64,000 nt of DNA. Source: Gammaproteobacteria bacterium. GTDB lineage: Bacteria; Pseudomonadota; Gammaproteobacteria; GCA-001735895. The position numbers and the translations under genes were made by a program. Within the stretch, counting starts at the first letter, position 1, and every line of letters starts with the position of its first letter. This document shows positions 30,664 to 43,627 of the stretch, piece by piece. The stretch is taken from NCBI GenBank assembly GCA_050298595.1, contig JBNKUM010000101.1, positions 64,001 through 128,000 on the forward strand, in the 5' to 3' direction. Under the pieces are notes generated by a model. It saw only the letters and a list, made by a program, of their open reading frames with translations. It searched no databases and was not told where the DNA came from.

Positions 30664-31733
30664 AGTGATACATCCAGTTTATGGTTTTGCCGGGCTATAG
30701 CCCAGTCTATGTGTTCGCTTACCAGGGGTATTGCTGTGGCTTGAGCTCTTTTTAATGCGGTTAAGATATGCGGGCTACCGGCTGCGTTTCCAAGAGCGAT
30801 CGCCAGATTTCTACACCATCTCTGATAGCCAATACGTCTAATAGGTGAACCTTCAAAGCGATCCAGAAACTGTATTTCAGTCCAGCTAAAGCATTCTAGC
30901 AGGCTGATGTCATCAAGATGATGACGCGCCTTGAAATCAGACTCACTACTGAATTTTTCAAACCGATTCCAGGGGCAATATAGCTGACAGTCGTCACAGC
31001 CATAGATACGATTCCCAATAGCCTCGCGGTACTCTTCTGCTATCACCGAATGATGTTCGATAGTCAGATAGGAAATACATCGGCGCGCATCAACCATATA
31101 GGGTGCAACGATAGCTTTGGTCGGGCATTTATCGATACAGCTGCTACAGTCGCCACAGTGTGGGTCTAATGGATGATCGATGTGTAATTTTAAGTCTGTG
31201 TAAATTTCTCCCAGAAAAAACCATGATCCATGTTCGCGATGTAGAATATTGCTGTGTTTTCCACGCCAGCCCAGGCCGGCTTTTACTGCCAGTTCTTTCT
31301 CTAAAACAGGGGCGCTATCGGTAAAAACACGATAGCCAAAATCACCGATGATAGCCTGGATCTCTTCAGCCAGTTTTTTCAGGCGCTTACGCATCAGCTT
31401 ATGATAATCACGTCCTAATGCATATCGGGATACGTAGGCTTTGTCAGGGTGATCGAGTAAATCAATAAGTGGCTCTGAACTATCAGCAAGATAATCCAGA
31501 CGCACACAGATGACCGACAATGTTCCTGGATGCATCTGCTCCGGGTGCAGTCTTTTCTCGGTATTGCGTTGCATATAGGCCATCTCACCGTGATAGTTGT
31601 TTGCTATCCAGTTCCGGTAATGACGATGCTGGGTGTCGAGCTTTGTATCGGTGATGCCAACCGCCTGAAAGCCCAGCTGTTGCCCAAGCAGTTTAATCTG
31701 CTGGCTAAATCGAGGGGAGTTAATTGAATTCAA
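30660..31733 (-). CDS. queG: epoxyqueuosine reductase
   Basis: YALGRDYH, DSAPVLEK, CGDCSSCIDKCPT and GCDDCQLYCPWN. TTG start at 31733 is likely. Confidence 0.95.
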   Translation of the reverse strand: MNSINSPRFSQQIKLLGQQLGFQAVGITDTKLDTQHRHYRNWIANNYHGEMAYMQRNTEKRLHPEQMHPGTLSVICVRLDYLADSSEPLIDLLDHPDKAYVSRYALGRDYHKLMRKRLKKLAEEIQAIIGDFGYRVFTDSAPVLEKELAVKAGLGWRGKHSNILHREHGSWFFLGEIYTDLKLHIDHPLDPHCGDCSSCIDKCPTKAIVAPYMVDARRCISYLTIEHHSVIAEEYREAIGNRIYGCDDCQLYCPWNRFEKFSSESDFKARHHLDDISLLECFSWTEIQFLDRFEGSPIRRIGYQRWCRNLAIALGNAAGSPHILTALKRAQATAIPLVSEHIDWAIARQNHKLDVSL

Positions 31734-32074
31734 TCGGCATCCTCGGTACACGAAGCTTCAAAATTGAAGTACATGGCGTCTTTGTTAAGTTGGTAACTCC
31801 AGGGTAAGCATGCACATTTCCAGCCGTTTACGCTGCGTTGTACTTTCTTCACAGCAGTTTTAACCTTAAGGCCCTCGAAGCTCTGATGCTGAGAATAAAT
31901 CGTTTTAGTCTTTCAGGCATTTCATTTTTATCTATCGCCAGCAGTTGCGATGAACAAAAACTGGCAAAGCTGATCGAAAATAGTATTTGAGTACGCATTA
32001 AGCGGCCTTTATGGATGAAAGTTTTAGCGTGATCGGTACAATACCGCTTTTTCAAGCGAAAACAAACGTACCTT

Positions 32075-32455
32075 ATGACAGTTTATTTAGCCATCGCGCT
32101 GGGCGGATCACTGGGTGCGGTCAGTCGATACTGGGTTTCCTCTTCTACCTATGCCTGGTTAGGCGCTGATTTTCCATTTGGTACGCTGATGGTGAATATA
32201 AGTGGTTCTCTGTTGATGGGGTTTCTGGCCTTGATATTAACAGAGAAGATAGCGGTTTCAGAAGAGCTTAAGTTTGCGATTCTGGTTGGATTTCTCGGTT
32301 CTTACACGACCTTTTCAACCTTTGCTCTGGATGGGTTGAACTGGCTGCATAATGGAGCCTGGATGAAGGCAGCAGCCTATATGCTGTTAAGTGTTTTCGG
32401 AAGTTTACTGGGTGTCTGGATAGGTTATCTAGGCGCACGTTTTATCATGAGATAA
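32075..32455 (+). CDS. crcB: fluoride efflux channel
   Basis: GGSLGAVSRY, FPFGTLMVN and GFLGSYTTFSTF. Confidence 0.95.
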   Translation: MTVYLAIALGGSLGAVSRYWVSSSTYAWLGADFPFGTLMVNISGSLLMGFLALILTEKIAVSEELKFAILVGFLGSYTTFSTFALDGLNWLHNGAWMKAAAYMLLSVFGSLLGVWIGYLGARFIMR

Positions 32456-32459
32456 TTAG

Positions 32460-33746
<1,287 letters not shown>

Positions 33747-33792
33747 AATCGAAATACCAGGCTAGATTGCTCATTAGCAAAAGGATATAAAG

Positions 33793-34299
33793 ATGAAGTT
33801 ATTTGTGAAGTTAATTTTTGCTGCATTATTTATCGCTGTTATATTGCCTTTTACACTGTTGAAGGGAACTGATGGGCGACCTTTGATGAGTATTAGTGAT
33901 TTGAAAATGCCAGATTTTGGTTTGCCAAAGGTTGTCAAGGATGCAAAATTACCAAAGCTGCCCGTTGGTGATTCATCTAATCAGGATATTATCTACCAAT
34001 GGCGCGGTGCTGAAGGTAGTTTGCACTTCACTTCGCAACCGCCTCCAGAGGGCATTGAATATACTGTCAAGGGTTATGACCCGAGGACTAATCTGATACA
34101 ATCTGTGAAAATCGAAGAGGAACCTAAAGCTAGTGACTTTGATTCTGAACAAAAAGGCAAAGCTCCGGTCAAAGGAGCTTCTGAGATCGGGAATCCATAT
34201 TCACCCGAAAAAGTAGAGAAGCTTTTCAATGATGCTAAGAATATTGAAAAATTGTTAAATGATCGTATGAAACAACAAGAGGCCATGATTGGCCAGTAA
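33793..34299 (+). CDS. DUF4124 domain membrane-anchored protein
   Basis: N-terminal TM helix; IYQWRGAEGSLHFTSQPP. Confidence 0.75.
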   Translation: MKLFVKLIFAALFIAVILPFTLLKGTDGRPLMSISDLKMPDFGLPKVVKDAKLPKLPVGDSSNQDIIYQWRGAEGSLHFTSQPPPEGIEYTVKGYDPRTNLIQSVKIEEEPKASDFDSEQKGKAPVKGASEIGNPYSPEKVEKLFNDAKNIEKLLNDRMKQQEAMIGQ

Positions 34300-34310
34300 C
34301 CAGGAAAAAC

Positions 34311-34805
34311 ATGAAAAAACTATTATCAATTTTTATAATTGCAGTTTCACTTTTTACTACATCGGCCTACGCGGAATTGAAAGCTGCGTTTATAAATAGC
34401 GCAACTATCCTGCAGGAAGCCCCTCAGGCTAAAAAGGCAGTTGAGGATATGAAAAAAGAGTTTCAGGGGCGAGAAGAAGCTATACGCGGATTAGCAGAAG
34501 AAATTCAAAAAGATGAGAAGGAACTGCAGAAAGATGCTGCCATCATGAGCCCTGATCAAAAGGGTAAAATGGAAGCAGCCATACAGGAAAAGAAACGTAA
34601 ACTACGTTTTGATGCTCAATCCCTGAAAGAAGACGTTGATCTACGTCGTAAACAGGAGATTGAAAAAATAAGAACTGAGATATCAGCTGTTATTAATGAA
34701 TACTCAAAAAAGCATGGTTATGATCTGGTTTTCACTCAGGGTGTAGCATTTGCAGCTGAAAAGGTTGATATTACTCAGGATATTCTGAAAGAACTAAATA
34801 AATAA
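34311..34805 (+). CDS. skp: OmpH/Skp periplasmic chaperone
   Basis: Signal peptide, long coiled coil, GYDLVF...DITQDILKEL. Confidence 0.88.
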   Translation: MKKLLSIFIIAVSLFTTSAYAELKAAFINSATILQEAPQAKKAVEDMKKEFQGREEAIRGLAEEIQKDEKELQKDAAIMSPDQKGKMEAAIQEKKRKLRFDAQSLKEDVDLRRKQEIEKIRTEISAVINEYSKKHGYDLVFTQGVAFAAEKVDITQDILKELNK

Positions 34806-34807
34806 TA

Positions 34808-36928
34808 TTATCGCCTGCGGCTTTTAGCCGATCTGGCTGATGCTTTATGCAAAGCAGTATTCCTGGGATACTGCTTCTTTTGTGGGCGAGTCTTATTATC
34901 TCGCTCATCTTTAGGTTGCCATGCGGGCACCAGATGCTGTTTGCCATTACCGATTAAGTCACTCCGCCCCATATTCTTTAAGGCCGTTCTAATCAGTGGC
35001 CAGTTGAGGGGATCGTGATAACGTAAAAATGCCTTGTGCAATTTACGTTGCTCCGCACTTTTGATGACTCTTACTTTCTCCGAGCGGTGGTTGATCTTAC
35101 CTAATGGATTTTTACCGCTATGGTACATTGCAGAAGCGATAGCCAGTGGCGTGGGTAAAAATGCCTGTACCTGATCAGGTTTAAAATCATTCTGTTTTAA
35201 CCATAGTGCAAGGTTTAACATGTCTGTATCGCTGGTGCCTGGATGAGCGCTAATAAAATAGGGAATAAGATATTGTTCCTTTCCCACTTCGCGTGAATAT
35301 TGCTCGAATAGTTTCTTAAATTCGTAATAGCTATCCACACCGGGTTTCATCATCTTTGACAACGGGCCATCTTCTATATGTTCCGGTGCAATTTTTAGAT
35401 AGCCCCCTACATGATGCTGGGTCAATTCCTTGATGTATTCTGGTGACTTAATCGCCAGGTCGTAACGTAAGCCAGAGGCAACATGGACTCTTTTTATACC
35501 TTTTAATGAACGTGCGCGTTGGTATAAATTAATTAATGGGCCATGGTCGGTATTCAGGTTTTTGCAAATGCCCGGATATACGCAGGACAGGCGTCGACAG
35601 GATTGCTCGATCTCTTTACTCTTACATCGCAACTGATACATATTCGCAGTAGGACCACCAACATCGGATATGTGTCCGGTGAATTTATCATCGTTATCGC
35701 GTATGGTTTCGATCTCTCGTATCACGGAATCTTCCGAACGACTTTGAATGATTCGCCCTTCATGTTCAGTGATTGAGCAGAAGGTACATCCACCGAAACA
35801 GCCACGCATGATATTTACCGAGTGACGAATCATTTCCCAGGCGGGAATGCGATCATTGCCATAAGCAGGGTGAGGACGTCGTGCATAGGGCATTTCAAAC
35901 ACTTTATCCAGTTCGTTGGTTTCCAGTGGAAAAGGTGGTGGGTTGATCCATAGATAGTGTTTACCATGCGCCTGTACCAATGCACGAGCATTGCCAGGAT
36001 TGGTCTCTAGATGAAAAACCCGTGATGCATGTGCGTACAGAGGCTTGCTTTTACTGACCTGCTCAAAGCTGGGCATTTTGATTACGGTATTGCTACGTTC
36101 AATGCGTTTTGGACGAATATCAAAGTCGGTTTTTACTTTGATTTCTGACTTTTCATCACATTCGGGAATTTCCTGATAAGGGCTCACTATTTTTTCAATT
36201 TTACCGGGAGAGTCTATCTCGGTTGAATCGATGACAGACCAGCCTGCAGGAATCTCATCCACTAAGTAGGCGGTACCGCGTATATCCTTGATATCTTTAA
36301 TACTCTCATTAGATGCCAGGCGGTGAGCGAGTTCGACTATGGCACGCTCTGCATTGCCAAATAACAGGATATCGGCACTAGAATCGACCAGTACAGATTG
36401 TCGAACCTTATCCTGCCAATAGTCATAATGCGCAATACGACGCAAACTGGCTTCGATACCGCCGATAATGATGGGTGTATCGCTATAAACCTGGCGAATT
36501 TTCTGGCTATACACCAATACAGCTCGGTCCGGGCGTTTGCCGGCTACTCCCAGAGGGGTATAAGCATCGTCACTACGTATTTTGCGGTCTGAGGTATAGT
36601 GATTGACCAATGAGTCCATATTCCCAGCTGTGACCCCAAAAAATAGATTCGGCTTGCCCAGTTGCGAGAAGCTGGAAAGGTCATTCCAGTCCGGCTGTGC
36701 AATAATACCGACACGAAAGCCCTGTGATTCAAGCACACGGCCAATCACAGCCATTCCAAAACTCGGATGATCGATATAGGCATCGCCTGTGACCAAAATA
36801 ATGTCACAGCTATCCCAGCCTAGTTGATCCATCTCAGCTCTAGTCATCGGCAAAACAGAGGCATTGCCATAGCGGATTGCCCAGTAGGGGCGATAGGAAA
36901 ACAGGTTTTTGGGTTGAGGGATTGTCAT
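34808..36928 (-). CDS. ygiQ: YgiQ family radical SAM protein
   Basis: [11 protein letters not shown] and [10 protein letters not shown]. Confidence 0.93.
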   Translation of the reverse strand: MTIPQPKNLFSYRPYWAIRYGNASVLPMTRAEMDQLGWDSCDIILVTGDAYIDHPSFGMAVIGRVLESQGFRVGIIAQPDWNDLSSFSQLGKPNLFFGVTAGNMDSLVNHYTSDRKIRSDDAYTPLGVAGKRPDRAVLVYSQKIRQVYSDTPIIIGGIEASLRRIAHYDYWQDKVRQSVLVDSSADILLFGNAERAIVELAHRLASNESIKDIKDIRGTAYLVDEIPAGWSVIDSTEIDSPGKIEKIVSPYQEIPECDEKSEIKVKTDFDIRPKRIERSNTVIKMPSFEQVSKSKPLYAHASRVFHLETNPGNARALVQAHGKHYLWINPPPFPLETNELDKVFEMPYARRPHPAYGNDRIPAWEMIRHSVNIMRGCFGGCTFCSITEHEGRIIQSRSEDSVIREIETIRDNDDKFTGHISDVGGPTANMYQLRCKSKEIEQSCRRLSCVYPGICKNLNTDHGPLINLYQRARSLKGIKRVHVASGLRYDLAIKSPEYIKELTQHHVGGYLKIAPEHIEDGPLSKMMKPGVDSYYEFKKLFEQYSREVGKEQYLIPYFISAHPGTSDTDMLNLALWLKQNDFKPDQVQAFLPTPLAIASAMYHSGKNPLGKINHRSEKVRVIKSAEQRKLHKAFLRYHDPLNWPLIRTALKNMGRSDLIGNGKQHLVPAWQPKDERDNKTRPQKKQYPRNTALHKASARSAKSRRR

Positions 36929-36968
36929 CAGTTACAATTCATAGAGATTAATAAATATAAGATTGCTC

Positions 36969-37349
36969 ATGTCCAAAATAGACATCATTTCAATTGTCGA
37001 ATCCTCCATGCACCCGAATTATAGCGGGTTATACGCAAGAAAAGGCCTGCATGAAGTAAAGGTTAATAGTATTCGCAAAGCCATAAACCTGATCAAAAAA
37101 GAAACACCACGTTATATCGTGGCTGAATTTTTTTATGCCTACAGTACAAACTATAGCGGTGTGCATAAATCTAATCTGGATGTTTTGCTAGTGAGTTTAA
37201 GAAAATACGCTCCACATACACGAGTCATAGTATTTTCGGATAAAGACGATGCTCAATATATTAAAGTACTGGATTCGTTAGAATACCCGCTACATGGCTT
37301 ACTTATTCATCCATCAAAGGAGTCAGATATTGCGCAACTACTGGTCTGA
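36969..37349 (+). CDS. hypothetical receiver-like protein
   Basis: Receiver-type beta/alpha pattern; the phospho-acceptor position appears to be Glu (YIVAEFF). Confidence 0.6.
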   Translation: MSKIDIISIVESSMHPNYSGLYARKGLHEVKVNSIRKAINLIKKETPRYIVAEFFYAYSTNYSGVHKSNLDVLLVSLRKYAPHTRVIVFSDKDDAQYIKVLDSLEYPLHGLLIHPSKESDIAQLLV

Positions 37350-37403
37350 ATAAGGATGACAGGGTCATTATTCAATAACCAGAATTTATTGTAAGCGAAC
37401 ACA

Positions 37404-37565
37404 AGGAGTCTGTCGGATTAAGGATGAATTTACTGCGGAGAAGACATTTTGGCCAACAATCCGATCATTTTCGTTAAATAGGCTCATTATTCGCCTCAAA
37501 TGATCGAAATATTTGACTCAAAATGCCATTCCCTCGCTACGATCACCTAAAACCGGCAGGCTCCT
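37404..37565. mobile_element. MITE-like element with imperfect 20-bp terminal inverted repeats
   Basis: Left AGGAGTCTGTCGGATTAAGG versus reverse complement of the right end AGGAGCCTGCCGGTTTTAGG (16/20); no ORF inside. Confidence 0.6.
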
Positions 37566-37624
37566 GGCCAAGATAACTTTAGTCATAGTGTTGCTGCAAC
37601 TTATACAATTATATTTATCCATAT

Positions 37625-37652
37625 GCTACCGACCGATTTACAGGTCGGTAGC
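37625..37652. terminator. hairpin downstream of rne
   Basis: GCTACCGACC-N8-GGTCGGTAGC perfect 10-bp stem; weak U-tract. Confidence 0.55.
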
Positions 37653-37680
37653 GTAAATCCTGGGCAATATTCTCTCAGAT

Positions 37681-40668
37681 TTAAGCAGCGGGAGGTTTAT
37701 TATCCTGGCTGGACAAAATTTGGGGTGCTACATCAACGGCTTTAGGTGGTGTTGCTTGCATAGCTTCTGGCTTTACAGGTTTTTCAACCGGCTTAGGCGT
37801 AGCAATAGTCTCAACCTTCGGTGATGTTTGAGGCTCGGGTTTTGGCGACGGTGCTGGTGCTAGTTGAGCTTCTGGCTTAGCTTCCACCTTGGCAGGAGCT
37901 GCTACCTGAGGTGCCGGTTGGGGGCTGGCCTCTGGTGTTGCTGAAGCAGGTGTGGAGCCTTTATTGGCCTCTGGTGTTGGTACAGGTTTAACCTCTTTAA
38001 TAGCCGCTGGTGTAGTTGGCGTAGCAGAAGGCTTATTCTCAACCCTGGGCTCAGGTTTTGAACCGGAAGCAGGCCTGTTTTCTATCTTCGACTCGGATTG
38101 GTTTGTAGGAACAGGTTTGTTCTCAGCTACTGCCTGTGGTTTTAGAGTAGCTGCAGGGGATGGCTGAATATCTATAGTAGCTTGTGTTCTTTGCTGCTGA
38201 GGTTTTATCTCAGGGATAGCTTCTGATTTTACGTTTTGATCAGGTCTGTTTTCAGGACCAACTGAAGGTGCTGCTTTAGGCTCAGGTCTTGCCTCAGCTT
38301 TTACCGTGGTGTCATTTTTCGGTGTATTTCCACTGCGGTTATTAGAGCTATCCTGGGTTGCTGCTACATCGGGCTTTTCATCAACAGGTGGCTGATTATT
38401 ACCTTGCGCAGGGTTATTAACGTCAGGCTGTGTAGGCTCTTGTGGGGTCGTATCAGCTTTATTCGCACTGTCTTTAGATGCCGCTTGTTCTCCGGTATTT
38501 CTTCTAGGCCCTGAGGAACGGCGACGAGAGGGGTTGGAAGATAGCTTACGTTCACGTGTTTCAGGTTGCGTATTGCTATCTGATTGAGCAGATGTGCTAG
38601 TTTCCTGCTTGTTTCCCTCATTGCTACTTTGATCGCTGGTGTTTTCACTATTCTGACGTTTGTTCGCGTTACGGTTACGATTACGGTTGCGGTTGCGGGT
38701 GCGTGGTTTAGAAGATTGCGTACGAGATTCTTCTGAATCCTGTTGAGGAGCAGCCTTGTTTGTATTCGCTTTCTTGGTATCGGGCTGATTTACCGGGGTG
38801 TCAGTCTCAGCGTCACGACGATTTTTCTGATTTGGATTGCGGTTGCTATTACGATTACGATTGCGGTTTTGAGCATTGGTATTAGCATTAGCACTACGTG
38901 GGCGGTTACGATTATTACTATTTGCCTTGTTTTGCTCTTCAACTTTCTCTGGCTTTTCTTTTTTTCCATTGCCAAAAATTGCGCTGATTACCTTGCTAAT
39001 CAAGCCAGCCTCTTTTGGCGTTTCAACTACTATAGGAGCAATTTTTGGCTTTTGTGCAGGAGGAGTAATCTGCTGAACTGCGGCAATTTGTGCAGGTGCT
39101 GCTGACTGTGCTCTTGATTCAGGTGTATATACCGGAATATCTTCACTAGCAAGCTCATATGAGCTCTTATAGCTAGACTCATGTCGATGAGTATCGTTAT
39201 CTCGTACACGCTCTATTGAAAAGTGTGGTGTTTCAAGATTTGGGTCGGGAACGATGACGCAATGTACCTTACAGCGGTCTTCAATATCAGTAATCTTGGA
39301 GCGTTTCTCATTCAACAGATATGTGGCGCATTCAACGGGTAGTTTGGTCAGAATCCGACCTGTGTTCTCTTTTAAAGCTTCTTCTTCTAATAGACGTAAT
39401 ACTGAGAGCGATAGTGATTCAACATCACGAATGGTGCCCTGGCCCTGGCATCTGGGGCAAACGATCTGGCTTGATTCACCCAATGATGGGCGCAGGCGCT
39501 GACGTGACATTTCAAGTAAACCGAAACGCGATATACGACCTATCTGGACTCTCGCGCGGTCTTCATAGACGGCACGTCTGAGGCGTTGCTCTACCTCACG
39601 CTGATTTTTGTTTTTCATCATATCGATGAAATCAATCACCAGTAATCCACCAAGGTCGCGAATTCTCAATTGGCGAGCAATTTCATCAGCGGCTTCCAGG
39701 TTGGTATTTAAGGCAGTTTCTTCGATATCGCCACCTTTGGTTGCACGTGCAGAGTTAATATCTATAGAAGTCAAAGCTTCTGTTGGATCAATAACAATAG
39801 CGCCACCAGAAGGCAGGTTTACGGTTCTGGTAAATGCCGATTCGATCTGGTTTTCAATCTGGAAACGGTTGAATAGAGGTTGTGTGTCATTATAGAGCTT
39901 CAGTTTGTGCAGTGCGTTTGGCATAACCATGGACATGAATTCATGGGCTCGGGTAAACGCACTTTTTGAATCGATGAGGATTTCACCGATCTCATTTTTA
40001 TAATGATCACGTAAGGCACGGATAACAATATCGCTTTCCTGATAAATCAGGAATGGGGCGGGTTTTTCTTTAGAGGCCTTAACAATGGCTTCCCATAACT
40101 GGTTAAGGTAATCAAGATCCCATTGCATTTCTTCTGTCGTTCGACCTACGCCAGCTGTGCGAGCTATAACGCCCATGTTTTTGGGCATATCCAGCTCAGA
40201 CATGACCTTTCTAACCTCGTCGCGGTCATCTCCCTCGATACGACGAGAAACTCCCCCAGCACGTGGATTCTGCGGCATCGCCACCAGAAAACGACCAGCC
40301 AGACTAACAAAGCTGGTTAAAGCGGCACCTTTATTGCCGCGTTCTTCCTTTTCAACCTGGACAATAATTTCCTGATTAACCTTAACAGCATCTTTAATAC
40401 TACCGCGGCCATCTTCGGCTTTAGCGTCTTCGCTGAAATAATCGCGGGAAATTTCCTTGAACGGCAGAAAGCCATGACGCTCAGCGCCATAATTAACAAA
40501 AGCGGCTTCCAGACTGGGTTCTACACGGGTGATGACACCCTTGTAGATGTTAGATTTTTTCTGCTCTCGTGAGGGTACTTCTATATCGAGATCGTAGATA
40601 AGCTGGCCATCGACCATAGCTACGCGTAGTTCTTCTGCCTGAGTGGCATTGATAAGAATTCTTTTCAT
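37681..40668 (-). CDS. rne: ribonuclease E
   Basis: [32 protein letters not shown] zinc link, amphipathic helix and disordered Arg/Asn/Pro-rich tail. Confidence 0.97.
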   Translation of the reverse strand: MKRILINATQAEELRVAMVDGQLIYDLDIEVPSREQKKSNIYKGVITRVEPSLEAAFVNYGAERHGFLPFKEISRDYFSEDAKAEDGRGSIKDAVKVNQEIIVQVEKEERGNKGAALTSFVSLAGRFLVAMPQNPRAGGVSRRIEGDDRDEVRKVMSELDMPKNMGVIARTAGVGRTTEEMQWDLDYLNQLWEAIVKASKEKPAPFLIYQESDIVIRALRDHYKNEIGEILIDSKSAFTRAHEFMSMVMPNALHKLKLYNDTQPLFNRFQIENQIESAFTRTVNLPSGGAIVIDPTEALTSIDINSARATKGGDIEETALNTNLEAADEIARQLRIRDLGGLLVIDFIDMMKNKNQREVEQRLRRAVYEDRARVQIGRISRFGLLEMSRQRLRPSLGESSQIVCPRCQGQGTIRDVESLSLSVLRLLEEEALKENTGRILTKLPVECATYLLNEKRSKITDIEDRCKVHCVIVPDPNLETPHFSIERVRDNDTHRHESSYKSSYELASEDIPVYTPESRAQSAAPAQIAAVQQITPPAQKPKIAPIVVETPKEAGLISKVISAIFGNGKKEKPEKVEEQNKANSNNRNRPRSANANTNAQNRNRNRNSNRNPNQKNRRDAETDTPVNQPDTKKANTNKAAPQQDSEESRTQSSKPRTRNRNRNRNRNANKRQNSENTSDQSSNEGNKQETSTSAQSDSNTQPETRERKLSSNPSRRRSSGPRRNTGEQAASKDSANKADTTPQEPTQPDVNNPAQGNNQPPVDEKPDVAATQDSSNNRSGNTPKNDTTVKAEARPEPKAAPSVGPENRPDQNVKSEAIPEIKPQQQRTQATIDIQPSPAATLKPQAVAENKPVPTNQSESKIENRPASGSKPEPRVENKPSATPTTPAAIKEVKPVPTPEANKGSTPASATPEASPQPAPQVAAPAKVEAKPEAQLAPAPSPKPEPQTSPKVETIATPKPVEKPVKPEAMQATPPKAVDVAPQILSSQDNKPPAA

Positions 40669-41006
40669 TTAATGATTTGCCTTGTGTAGTTCGCAGCAGG
40701 CAGGTCTCAGCATGGCCGTTTTCCAGATGTGGAGTCGGCTCATTGTTTTGCTTCTGAATGAAATCAAAGGGTTGGGTAACCCGCGCATAAGCGCTGAAAT
40801 ACTGTTTCAGTATCAGATTTATAATTACGAGACTGTGCATAGCGAATGAGTTAAACTGTGGTCTTTGACACGAAGTTGTCGGACCTTAATAAAGATCGGG
40901 TACGTAAAGTCACCTGATCTTGAAAATAGTGTGTAGTCTTTCAGCTTTTAAACTTGTTGACCACAATCCGACGAATATAACAACACATTCCTGATACTGC
41001 AATCTT

Positions 41007-41990
41007 TTGGATAAAAAATCTCCTTACTCAAGCGTTCAGCTGGTTACTATTGCTGATACTCAAGCTGGCCAGCGATTAGATAATTTTCTAATTAAAACGT
41101 TAAAGAACCTACCGAAAAGTCACCTGTATCGCATTATCCGTAAGGGTGAAGTGAGGGTGAATAAAAAACGCGTAAAACCAGAATACAAGCTTTTAAGTGG
41201 TGACATACTAAGGCTTCCACCGCTCCAGCTTGAGCCTCCAGTAAATGAAACCGTTCAGATTCCTGATAAGTTAAGCAAATTGCTTGAGTCACGGATTCTT
41301 TACGAAGATGAGCACATTCTCATCCTCAATAAACCCGAAGGACTGGCTGTTCACTCTGGTTCTGGATTGAAGTACGGAGTGATAGATGTGCTCAGGCCCA
41401 TGCGTGCAGATGTAGAACTTGAGTTAGTGCACCGTCTGGATCGGGATACCAGTGGCTGCCTGCTGTTAGCAAAAAACCGTGCGGCGCTACTCGAAATGCA
41501 GCGTATTTTGCAAAATAATTCAATGCGAAAGAACTACCTGGCTCTGGTCAAAGGGCTTTGGGATAAGAATAAGCTCAAGGTAGCGCTGCCATTATTAAAA
41601 CAGACTATGCCCAATGGTGAGCGCAGGGTTTACGTGGATGAACGTGGTCAGGTTGCCGATACGCGCATAAATGGAATTAGCCACTATAATCAGGCAGGTA
41701 TTAAATTTAGTGTACTGGATATAAATTTAATGACCGGAAGAACCCATCAGATCCGTGTGCATTGTCAATCTCAGCATCATGAAATTGCCGGAGATGATAA
41801 ATATGGCGACCGAAAATTTAATAAACTAATGAAGGGGCTTGGATGTCATAGGTTGATGTTACATGCCTTAAGACTTGAAATTCCCGCTAATGTCTATACT
41901 AAGAAGCTGGATATCTTAGCCCCTCAACCATCCGAATTTAGGAGATTTACAGAGCATGAAGTCTGGAAAGTATCAACTGATCATCTTTGA
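41007..41990 (+). CDS. rluC: 23S rRNA pseudouridine synthase C
   Basis: S4 domain (QRLDNFL), HRLDRDTSG and GRTHQIRVH; divergent from rne. Confidence 0.92.
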   Translation: MDKKSPYSSVQLVTIADTQAGQRLDNFLIKTLKNLPKSHLYRIIRKGEVRVNKKRVKPEYKLLSGDILRLPPLQLEPPVNETVQIPDKLSKLLESRILYEDEHILILNKPEGLAVHSGSGLKYGVIDVLRPMRADVELELVHRLDRDTSGCLLLAKNRAALLEMQRILQNNSMRKNYLALVKGLWDKNKLKVALPLLKQTMPNGERRVYVDERGQVADTRINGISHYNQAGIKFSVLDINLMTGRTHQIRVHCQSQHHEIAGDDKYGDRKFNKLMKGLGCHRLMLHALRLEIPANVYTKKLDILAPQPSEFRRFTEHEVWKVSTDHL

Positions 41991-42603
41991 CTGGGATGGC
42001 ACTATCATCGACTCCCAGGCTCATATTATAAACAGTATGCAGAAAGCAATGGCCGACGAGAACCTGCCAATGCCTCGGGATGATGAAGTTAGACATGTCA
42101 TAGGTTTAAGTTTGGACAGTGTGATTCTATCGCTGCTTCCAGAGTTGAATGACACCACTGTTAATCGGATCTCTGATAACTATCGGCGGCATTTTTTTGC
42201 GAATATCAATCAGTCCAGGTTGTTTGATGGAGTTGCTGAAACCATTCAGGATCTGCACGCCAGTGGTTACTTCTTAGCGGTTGCCACGGGTAAAGGCCGC
42301 AGAGGACTAGACCTTGCGTTGAAAAATACCGGGCTGGAGCCGTTTTTTCACATCACCCGTTGTGCTGATGAAACCCGTTCCAAGCCCGATCCTTTAATGC
42401 TTGACGAGATTCTAACCGATCTCGATCTTGCAGTAGAAAATGCGATTATGGTTGGTGATACAAGTTATGACATGGATATGGCAGGCAATATCAAGATGGA
42501 TTGCGTCGCAGTAACCTATGGCATGCATAATGCGGAACATCTAAAAACAAGCAATCCTACCTATTTAATCGATTCTATCGATCAGTTATCTCAATACGTT
42601 TAA
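41956..42603 (+). CDS. HAD-IA family hydrolase (phosphoglycolate phosphatase-like)
   Basis: FDWDGT, ATGK, SKPDP and VGDT. Confidence 0.9.
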   Translation: MKSGKYQLIIFDWDGTIIDSQAHIINSMQKAMADENLPMPRDDEVRHVIGLSLDSVILSLLPELNDTTVNRISDNYRRHFFANINQSRLFDGVAETIQDLHASGYFLAVATGKGRRGLDLALKNTGLEPFFHITRCADETRSKPDPLMLDEILTDLDLAVENAIMVGDTSYDMDMAGNIKMDCVAVTYGMHNAEHLKTSNPTYLIDSIDQLSQYV

Positions 42604-42615
42604 ACCGAGACACCC

Positions 42616-43614
42616 ATGGAACAAAATCAGTCTGAAAATACCATACCAGAAGTAACACCAGAAGTAACAAGCTCAGCTGAGTACGAAGCAATCGTCCAAC
42701 GTCTGGCATTTGCAGCTATCAATGAACAGCGCCGCAGTCGCCGCTGGAGAATATTTTTCCTCATTCTGACCTTTATCTATTTGACGCCAGTCGTTTTATT
42801 AATGCTCGATATCAACGATATGAATTTCCTGAATATGAAAAAAGGGGGTACCGATAAACACACAGCATTAGTAAGAATGAATGGCATTATTGCAGGGGAT
42901 AGCGAAGCCAGTGCCGAGAATATTATCGGTGGATTACAGGATGCCTTCGCAGATAAAAATACAGCTGGCGTGATTCTGGAAATCAATTCACCTGGTGGCT
43001 CACCAGTACAATCTGCTTATATATACGATGAAATTATACGCCTTAAAGAGGAGCATAAAGATATTCCTCTGCATGTAGTGGTTACCGATATGGCTGCATC
43101 AGGTGGGTATTTTGTCGCTGCGGCTGCGGATAATATTTACGTCAACAAATCCAGTCTGGTCGGCTCTATCGGCGTCAGAATGGATAGCTTTGGTCTGGTT
43201 GGTCTGATAGAAAAGCTGGGCATAGAACGCAGATTGTTAACAGCAGGCGAACACAAGGGCTTGCTGGATCCTTTTCTGCCTCAGAATGAAATGGAAAAAC
43301 AGCACTTACAAGGCATGTTAGATCAGGTGCACGGTCATTTTATCGATGCGGTTAAGCAGGGCAGAGGTGAGCGTTTGAAACAATCACCTGATCTTTTCAG
43401 TGGCCTGGTTTGGTCAGGTGATGAAGCGATTAAACTTGGGCTGGCAGATGACTTTGGTAGTGCATATCAGGTCGCAAGGGATGTCATAAAGCAGGAAACA
43501 ATCGTTGATTTTACAAACAAGGAATTGCTGCTGGATAGAATCGCTAACCGTGTAGGAGCGTCTTTCGGTGCTAGTATCAATCAACTCATCTTTTCAGAGC
43601 TGAAATTAAACTAG
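42616..43614 (+). CDS. sppA: S49 family signal peptide peptidase (SppA-like)
   Basis: INSPGGSP, AASGGYF and GSIGV. Confidence 0.88.
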   Translation: MEQNQSENTIPEVTPEVTSSAEYEAIVQRLAFAAINEQRRSRRWRIFFLILTFIYLTPVVLLMLDINDMNFLNMKKGGTDKHTALVRMNGIIAGDSEASAENIIGGLQDAFADKNTAGVILEINSPGGSPVQSAYIYDEIIRLKEEHKDIPLHVVVTDMAASGGYFVAAAADNIYVNKSSLVGSIGVRMDSFGLVGLIEKLGIERRLLTAGEHKGLLDPFLPQNEMEKQHLQGMLDQVHGHFIDAVKQGRGERLKQSPDLFSGLVWSGDEAIKLGLADDFGSAYQVARDVIKQETIVDFTNKELLLDRIANRVGASFGASINQLIFSELKLN

Positions 43615-43627
43615 TGCGCTGGTATAC

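Noticed and set aside
32000-32074. Fluoride riboswitch upstream of crcB
   Set aside because: No GGCGATGG...GCTGATGAC-type consensus is visible.
37681-38950. Arg-Asn repeats and Pro/Ala/Lys low-complexity sequence
   Set aside because: This is the normal disordered C-terminal scaffold of RNase E.
40669-41006. Structured rne 5' UTR element
   Set aside because: A long leader is plausible, but I could not match a specific known motif by eye.
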